From: an uncultured Candidatus Saccharibacteria bacterium | GTDB lineage: Bacteria > Patescibacteriota > Minisyncoccia > JAHIHE01 > JAGLIN01 | NCBI GenBank assembly: GCA_964456605.1 | Contig: CAYWAL010000028.1 | Span: 1-13,169, forward strand | DNA length: 13,169 bases | Direction: 5' to 3' | In this document: in pieces, positions 1 through 5,138 of the stretch | Numbering within the stretch: the first letter of the stretch is position 1 | Layout: every line of letters starts with the position of its first letter | Made by a program: the position numbers and the translations under genes | The notes under the pieces: model-generated | The model's database searches: none | The model's input: the letters and a program-made list of their open reading frames with translations, nothing else | Told to the model about the DNA's origin: nothing

Positions 1-17
1 TCTGTCTAATCGAAAAG

Positions 18-43
18 CAGCCGCAAAAAACGGCTGATTTTTT
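18..43 (+). terminator. Rho-independent terminator-like hairpin (possibly bidirectional)
   Basis: Seen in sequence: 6-bp stem CAGCCG(18-23)/CGGCTG(31-36), loop CAAAAAA, followed by ATTTTTT(37-43) on the plus strand. On the minus strand the same stem is followed by CTTTTCG (weaker). It likely ends a plus-strand gene lying before position 1, or weakly ends the minus-strand four-helix-bundle gene. Confidence 0.4.
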
Positions 44-270
44 CTAGATATCTTGGTTCAAGCATGAAAGCCTGGCGGTGCTGATGTCTCGAAATTCGAA
101 CTGACATTATCTCAAGTCGATCCGTTTATTCAGAAATTAAGAAAAATTTTTCGATCTAACTCCGATTATTTTGAAGTTCCTAAAACTTGTCTCGAATTTA
201 TTTTTGGCTATTAATTATTAGAAATTGTTTCAAATCTTTTATACAAATCATCAAATTCTTCTTTGTTAAT

Positions 271-573
271 TTACCCTTCTTCAAAAATTAGTTCTACTAA
301 AGAGACACATTCATAAACCGACCCTCTAGCAATAGTATAAAAATTTCTTTTATCTGCCTTTGAGAATTTTCCACTACCTTCAGCGATATTGATAACAATG
401 CTTATTGACGCTCTTTTTAGCTGATCGCGGATATAGGGATCTGTTTGTTTATTCTCTTTAAGAAATCTCAGGATTTCCTTATTTAATTTCTTCGCTAATT
501 TATAAACATCGAGGTTTTCAAAATCAAACATAGGATTTGTAATTTGTGTGAGTAATTTGTAGTTAGGGAGCAA
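271..573 (-). CDS. Four-helix-bundle protein, 23S rRNA intervening-sequence protein family (Avd-like)
   Basis: Translation contains the family-typical pattern F-ENLDVYKLA ... LKRASISIVINIAEGSGKFSKADKRNFYTIARGSVYE (compare the canonical F.DL.VWQ.A ... RRAA.SI..NIAEG.GR.S..E...FL.IA.GS..E). The first codon at 573 is TTG. The internal ATG at 531 (MFDFENLDVY...) gives the usual family N-terminus, so the true CDS may be 271..531. No Shine-Dalgarno motif is seen for either start. Confidence 0.85.
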   Translation of the reverse strand: MLPNYKLLTQITNPMFDFENLDVYKLAKKLNKEILRFLKENKQTDPYIRDQLKRASISIVINIAEGSGKFSKADKRNFYTIARGSVYECVSLVELIFEEG

Positions 574-630
574 ATTTTTGCTTAACAGTTCTAAATTTTT
601 TAATTATCCAAATCACTAACTACAAATTAC
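552..630. repeat. 15-bp perfect inverted repeat (GTAATTTGTAGTTAG / CTAACTACAAATTAC) with 49-bp spacer, embedded in an array of AAATT/CAAATT short repeats
   Basis: Seen in sequence: 552-566 gtaatttgtagttag is the exact reverse complement of 616-630 ctaactacaaattac. Further GTAATTTGT / GCAAATT(T) / CAATTACT copies lie at ~537-547, 570-581, 631-647 and 657-667. A 7-bp-stem hairpin gcaaatt-N13-aatttgc (641-667) abuts the tRNA 3' end. The region lies between the tRNA-Ser 3' end and the four-helix-bundle gene start. Confidence 0.5.
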
Positions 631-665
631 CAATTACTGCAAATTGAGCGTCAGCGAAAATTTGC

Positions 666-755
666 TGGCGGAGAGGGAGGGATTTGAACCCTCGGGACCC
701 GTGAAGGCCCATCTGCTCTCCAAGCAGACGCACTCGACCACTATGCGACCTCTCC
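666..755 (-). tRNA. tRNA-Ser (anticodon GGA), class II with long variable arm, CCA encoded
   Basis: The reverse complement of 666-755 folds as a cloverleaf. Acceptor stem GGAGAGG/CCTCTCC. D-arm with GG. Anticodon stem TCTGC/GCAGA with loop TTGGAGA, giving anticodon GGA (reads UCC). An 18-nt variable arm with a 5-bp stem. T-arm GAGGG-TTCAAAT-CCCTC. Discriminator G followed by CCA. Confidence 0.9.
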
Positions 756-949
756 AAAAAACCAACTGTACAAACCGCAAGACAACTATTTTAAGGAATT
801 TTTCAAAGCTTGTCTATAAAGCATATTTACACTCCAAATGTAACTTGCAAGAACGCTGGTTCTGCAATTCAAACTCGTTCTGATGAAAACGAGAAAAAGC
901 AACCCAAAGAATAAAAATTGCAGTCAAAAACATACACACCGCCTCCACT

Positions 950-2806
950 CTAGCTTTCTGCCATCTCCTCAAGTTCCTTTTTTGCTTTTTCGATTTCCAG
1001 AAGCTGAGCCGGGTCGGAAGTTATAATCTGGTCCTCTGAATAGGAAGCAACAATCTTTATGGCAGCTCGCTTTGGTCCAGCAAAGAAGATTCCTTCTCCT
1101 ACATTACTTTCCAACAGCAGAAATTTTTCTTCATCAGTAAGATAGAACGTGTCTACCACAACTCTTATCGCCGCTGGAGATTGCTTGAGCAAGAGCTGGA
1201 TTGAAGAGTTGGTAACAATTGGTTTGCCAAATCTGGAGCTCATAAAATCAGTCACATCCTGGGTAATAGTTGTAAGTCCCATATAGTATTTTCTGCATCT
1301 TTTGGCAATCCCAAAAAGAAATGACGCTGCATCCTCATGCTGCATCATCCACCATGCTTCATCGACAACAAGTATTCTTTTTTTCATCTTTGATCTAATG
1401 AGCGTCCAGACATAGTGAAGAACTAGATACATAGCTACAGGCCTCAACTCTTCTTCCATATCACGAATGTTAAAAACCACAAGATTTGCATCTATGTCAA
1501 TATTAGTTCTGTGATTTAAAAATCCCGCAAAAGTACCCTCTGTATATTTTTTCAATCTTGTAGCAAGACTTTCAGCTCCCTTCATATTTTCCAAAACCAT
1601 TTGCAGATCTGTCATCGTTGGAGGTTCTAGGCCAGAAAAATCAGTTTCTGGCGTAATATCCTTGATAGCATAAGCCTCGGCGATTGCCTTATCCAAAATT
1701 GCATCTTCTTCCGTAGAAATTTTCCCCAGCATAACCTTGATAAGCCCTGACACATTGGCAATAGCTGTTCTCAGAACATCGGCCGGCGATTCGCCTTCGA
1801 GAGTAGAAGGCAGATCAAAAGGATTAATATGATGTCTTGACGAAAGAGAAATTCTCATAAAAGTTCCACCGACCGTCTCGCAAAGATGCTTGTACTCGTT
1901 TTCCGGATCAATAACAATGACATCTGTCTCAAGCATAAGACTTCGCAAGATTTCAAGTTTCACAGTGTAGCTCTTTCCAGCTCCTGATTTGGCAAAAATA
2001 ACCATATTAGCATTTTCCATCGAAAACCTGTCAAACAGAATCAGACTGTTATTATGTCTATTTATCCCATACAGAATTCCCTGATTGGAAGTAAGGTCGC
2101 TTGAAACAAATGGAAAAGTCGTAGAAAGAGGAGAAGTGTTCATATTATTTCCAATAGCCAGCTTATCGCTTCCAAGCGGCAAGGTTGAATTGAATCCAGC
2201 TTCCATTTGCATTACAGCCGGCTTCAGATATACCAGTTTTGCTTCTAGAATCGCTTCAATTTGCGTTTCAATTCTTCTCAATTCCTCAACTGTATCCCCA
2301 TATATGGTTATATAAAGTCCAAATTGAAAAAAGTGTTCTATTCCCTGCTGGAGATCGTCTCTCAAATTTTCAACATCCTGATAAGCGGTTTCAAGAATTG
2401 GATCTCTTACCAGCCCCTTCTCTTCATTCATAGAAATCTGAGACTGGATCTGCGTTACAATCTTGCGTAGGTTTTTCAGAACTTCAGCAGTGTCTTGCGG
2501 GTGAATAAACATCGCTATGTCAAAAGTCGTGTCAAGATTTATAACTGGAGAAAACCAATTCGTCTGTAAATATCTTGGATAGGCATACACAAAAAGGGTG
2601 GATGCTAATTTCTTATTAATCATCACATAACTTGGTTCAATTTTGAAAGCGGCAGGTGCAATAATATCTTTTACTGTCGCCAACCCTTTTTGGTATATCT
2701 TCTCAGACTCCAAGAGAGCGGATTTTCTAACAGCATCCTCTTTTTTTGAAGACTTGCTTGGGGATTTTTTACCAGATAATATCGGAAGTTTATCTAGAAT
2801 TGACAT
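950..2806 (-). CDS. VirB4/TrbE/PrgJ-family type IV secretion (conjugation) ATPase, C-terminal 618-aa portion
   Basis: Walker A FAKSGAGKSY. Walker B RILVVDEAWWMM (the DEAW signature of VirB4-type ATPases). The motif AKRCRKYYMGLTTITQDVTDF is present. The N-terminal region APAAFKIEPSYVMINKKLASTLFVYAYPRYLQTNWFSPVINLDTTFDIAMFIHP matches the Gram-positive VirB4 pattern (aP..ie ... YPr.v..gWlspLinld). About 200 N-terminal residues expected in full-length VirB4 are missing and appear to be encoded by the upstream ORF 2882..3556. Confidence 0.9.
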   Translation of the reverse strand: MSILDKLPILSGKKSPSKSSKKEDAVRKSALLESEKIYQKGLATVKDIIAPAAFKIEPSYVMINKKLASTLFVYAYPRYLQTNWFSPVINLDTTFDIAMFIHPQDTAEVLKNLRKIVTQIQSQISMNEEKGLVRDPILETAYQDVENLRDDLQQGIEHFFQFGLYITIYGDTVEELRRIETQIEAILEAKLVYLKPAVMQMEAGFNSTLPLGSDKLAIGNNMNTSPLSTTFPFVSSDLTSNQGILYGINRHNNSLILFDRFSMENANMVIFAKSGAGKSYTVKLEILRSLMLETDVIVIDPENEYKHLCETVGGTFMRISLSSRHHINPFDLPSTLEGESPADVLRTAIANVSGLIKVMLGKISTEEDAILDKAIAEAYAIKDITPETDFSGLEPPTMTDLQMVLENMKGAESLATRLKKYTEGTFAGFLNHRTNIDIDANLVVFNIRDMEEELRPVAMYLVLHYVWTLIRSKMKKRILVVDEAWWMMQHEDAASFLFGIAKRCRKYYMGLTTITQDVTDFMSSRFGKPIVTNSSIQLLLKQSPAAIRVVVDTFYLTDEEKFLLLESNVGEGIFFAGPKRAAIKIVASYSEDQIITSDPAQLLEIEKAKKELEEMAES

Positions 2807-2881
2807 TGGATATGTTTTTAATTTTTAGCTTTTGCTCATAGTTCAGCTTTCAGTTTCCAGTTTTTTAGTTTTTAATTCGTT

Positions 2882-3556
2882 CTACCCTGCCAAGTCTAGC
2901 TCCTTCACATCAGCCAGTCCTTTCTTCTCTGAGACTTCTGGATTATACAAATTGTAATAAAGCTCTATCAGCTCCTGTGTATTAAGCATAGTCATTCGCA
3001 AACCAGTCCCGCTTAAGTTCTCTATTATATGATCAACTCTTTGCAACAATTGGTCTTTGTACTTTTCAAAAACTTCTCTGCTAGACATAACTTTTCTTGG
3101 ACTAGTTATGGCGCCAAGTTTCGAGATAAACCCGCCTCCCTTTGTCTCAGAAGGCGCAAAAGGAACAATAATGTAGAAAGTTTTGGTCACAATATTTGCC
3201 ATCTTTACCAGCCCTTGAATATATTCTATATAACTGTAAATCTGCATTCTAAGCAGCTCATTAGTTTGTCTCTTCTCTTGTTCTCTCAAAGTTTGTATGT
3301 AATTATCAAGATTCAGTTGCCTCGAGTTTATCACAATCTGCACTGAAAAATCCAAAGAATTTAAAAAGCTTTGATAATGATATATTATAGCATCTTGCTC
3401 ATCAGCCGATTTGAGGGCAAAATTTATAGAAGAAACCATCAAAACAGCTCTCAAACCGCCGCTTTTTAAGACAACAATGCCATCCTTTATTTCAGCAATA
3501 TCAAGGTATTTTTGAGAGCTCAATCCTATCTTTTTCTGTTTCTGAGGAGTGGACAT
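2882..3556 (-). CDS. VirB4-family ATPase N-terminal domain, encoded as a separate ORF (split VirB4)
   Basis: YLDIAEIKDGIVVLKSGGLRAVLMVSSINFALKSADEQDAIIYHYQSFLNSLDFSVQIVINSRQLNLDNY resembles the conserved N-terminus of Gram-positive conjugative VirB4 proteins (…dI.dg.i....G.y..v..v..iNf.L.s..Eq..i...f..fLnsL.f.iQi...s...d…). It is in the same frame as 950..2806 and immediately upstream of it. An AGGAT Shine-Dalgarno-like motif lies 11 nt upstream of the ATG at 3556. Confidence 0.55.
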   Translation of the reverse strand: MSTPQKQKKIGLSSQKYLDIAEIKDGIVVLKSGGLRAVLMVSSINFALKSADEQDAIIYHYQSFLNSLDFSVQIVINSRQLNLDNYIQTLREQEKRQTNELLRMQIYSYIEYIQGLVKMANIVTKTFYIIVPFAPSETKGGGFISKLGAITSPRKVMSSREVFEKYKDQLLQRVDHIIENLSGTGLRMTMLNTQELIELYYNLYNPEVSEKKGLADVKELDLAG

Positions 3557-3647
3557 AGTTTTTAATATCCTATAGCTTTTAACTTTACAACTTCGCCGGC
3601 TTCAACCTAGAGAATCGAAAAGTTGAATCATAAAACACAATTTCATT

Positions 3648-4118
3648 TCACTTTCCATACCTCTCGCTCGGCCTTTTCTTTGCTTCATACGGCAAACTAA
3701 CAGAAGAACTGGTATCAAGAACCCACGCTAACTCTCTAATCCTGTTCCTTGAAACATTCTTTACAGGAATATCCTTCGCAGACTTCTTTTTCTGAGCAAC
3801 TTTAAACCTCCTAACATCAGGTTCTCTCCTCCAAACATAGAGGTGAGGAGAGGTATAAAAATTTACTATATTCATTATCCACCTAGCCACCGTAAACCCC
3901 TTCGGCTTCCAAAAGGCAAACGCTAAAGTAATAGGTACAATAATTAGGGAGGAAAACACAAAAAACGGAAACTCAAAAAACGAAAAGATCACAAGCAAGG
4001 CTCCGCCGCCAACCAGAAGATAAAGAGCTTGCTTTCCAGTAAGCGGCCCGACTATTTTGTCTTCAACATCTATAAATTGGGGAACTCCGTATTGCATAAT
4101 GATGATGTATATTTTCAA
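3648..4118 (-). CDS. PrgI/VirB3-like small two-TM conjugation membrane protein
   Basis: The motif IVGPLTGKQALYLLVGGGALLVIFSFF resembles the PrgI-family signature (.G.LT.RQ..yL..g) and is followed by two hydrophobic helices and a basic C-terminal tail. It sits directly upstream of VirB4, as in prgH-prgI-prgJ. The track start at 4118 is TTG; the ATG at 4097 (MQYGVPQFIDVEDKIVGPLTG...) is the more likely start. Confidence 0.5.
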   Translation of the reverse strand: MKIYIIIMQYGVPQFIDVEDKIVGPLTGKQALYLLVGGGALLVIFSFFEFPFFVFSSLIIVPITLAFAFWKPKGFTVARWIMNIVNFYTSPHLYVWRREPDVRRFKVAQKKKSAKDIPVKNVSRNRIRELAWVLDTSSSVSLPYEAKKRPSERYGK

Positions 4119-4251
4119 TTCTCCGAATTTCCTAGTTTCAAACTGACTTGTTAGAGATTTGTTTTTGGATTTTAGATCCCAAATTCATCGCTCAGAAATT
4201 GGCTCATTGAAAGTCCAATAGATATAAGTCAGAAATTGAAAACTGGAAACT

Positions 4252-5028
4252 TTATTCCTCTATCTTACTAAAATCTATCTTTTTCAAGCGGGTCGAGTAC
4301 GGCAACAGAATTTTTTCATCTAGAGACTTTAAAACCAAGCTCAGTTGGCGCCTCTCTTCTTCGTTGATATCCTTCGTGTTTTTGTCATGATATACATAGT
4401 GTGCGCGATCAAGATTTGAATGCCAAGCATAGCCCATCTTGTCCTGATAATCTTTTAACCAGTATTTTATCATCGGCTTCATCGGAACAGGCATATTCTC
4501 TATTTCTATCGACTTTTGACTTCCTATAATTTGCTTCTTAACATCAGGAAATTCCTCCATAAGGTTTTCTATGGACTTCCAGATTATAGTATCTTTTGTC
4601 TCTTCCTCTGACTTTTTCTTTTCAACCATTGCTTCCATCTCTTCTTCCCTCTTTAAAAACTGTTGATCCGACTTCTTGGGCATTTCTTTCGGAATCTCTC
4701 CACCAAGCCTGAGAATCTCGTCCTCTATGCCGGGGAAATAGTCTTTGATGGGATAGAGAATCTCGGTAAGAATTATTAAAGTTACTTCCTTTGCATCCTG
4801 ATCGCTTAAATTCAGTTTTTTCTTGATGGAAACAAACAAATCTTCGATTCTCTTATCCTTTATAATCACTCTTCCAATTGCATTCTTCAAAGTTTCCAGT
4901 TTGTCCTTGTCATTCTTGAGATACTCTCTTTTAATTTTGATAATCGCGCCGGTTGTATAGTCAGCATATATACTATCCTGCACAAAAGAAGGCAATAAGT
5001 GAATTCTTCTTCTTATTTCTTCCTTCAT
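4252..5028 (-). CDS. Hypothetical soluble, highly charged (K/E/D-rich) protein within the T4SS-like operon
   Basis: Long intact ORF with an ATG start. No TM segments and no motif recognisable by eye. It is co-oriented and tightly spaced between the VirB6-like and PrgI-like genes. Confidence 0.6.
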   Translation of the reverse strand: MKEEIRRRIHLLPSFVQDSIYADYTTGAIIKIKREYLKNDKDKLETLKNAIGRVIIKDKRIEDLFVSIKKKLNLSDQDAKEVTLIILTEILYPIKDYFPGIEDEILRLGGEIPKEMPKKSDQQFLKREEEMEAMVEKKKSEEETKDTIIWKSIENLMEEFPDVKKQIIGSQKSIEIENMPVPMKPMIKYWLKDYQDKMGYAWHSNLDRAHYVYHDKNTKDINEEERRQLSLVLKSLDEKILLPYSTRLKKIDFSKIEE

Positions 5029-5138
5029 TTCTCTTACTTACTTCAACATATTTAACCTCGTTGCTTGTTAAACACGAATTAAGAACGCACAAGAACAAGT
5101 CTTTATCAAAACACTAACTCACGACATGCTGCTAAAAA

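Noticed and set aside
11-22. 12-nt exact repeat cgaaaagcagcc shared between the terminator at 11-22 and ksgA (11055-11066)
   Set aside because: A single 12-mer match within 13 kb (both strands) is within chance expectation.
71-130. tRNA-like 3' fragment / att-site duplicate (shares TGGCGG with the tRNA-Ser 3' end and contains a TTCGAAT T-loop-like motif)
   Set aside because: The match to the tRNA 3' end is only 7 nt and the segment cannot be folded into an acceptor/T-arm. It is just a quasi-palindromic hairpin (atgtc-tcgaaattcgaact-gacat). There is no supportable att duplication, so an integrated element bounded by tRNA-Ser cannot be claimed from this window.
644-883. Plus-strand ORF (79 aa) overlapping the tRNA-Ser locus
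   Set aside because: It runs antisense through a confidently folded tRNA and its translation is low-complexity. It is almost certainly spurious.
2085-2828. Four short plus-strand ORFs (60-76 aa) inside the VirB4 gene
   Set aside because: They are antisense shadow ORFs within a strongly supported minus-strand CDS, with no motifs and no RBS.
2825-2884. Stop-codon reassignment (genetic code 25, UGA=Gly) or programmed readthrough as an explanation for the split VirB4
   Set aside because: The separating stops include TAG and TAA, not only TGA, and all other long ORFs are intact under the standard code. No slippery site or readthrough context is evident.
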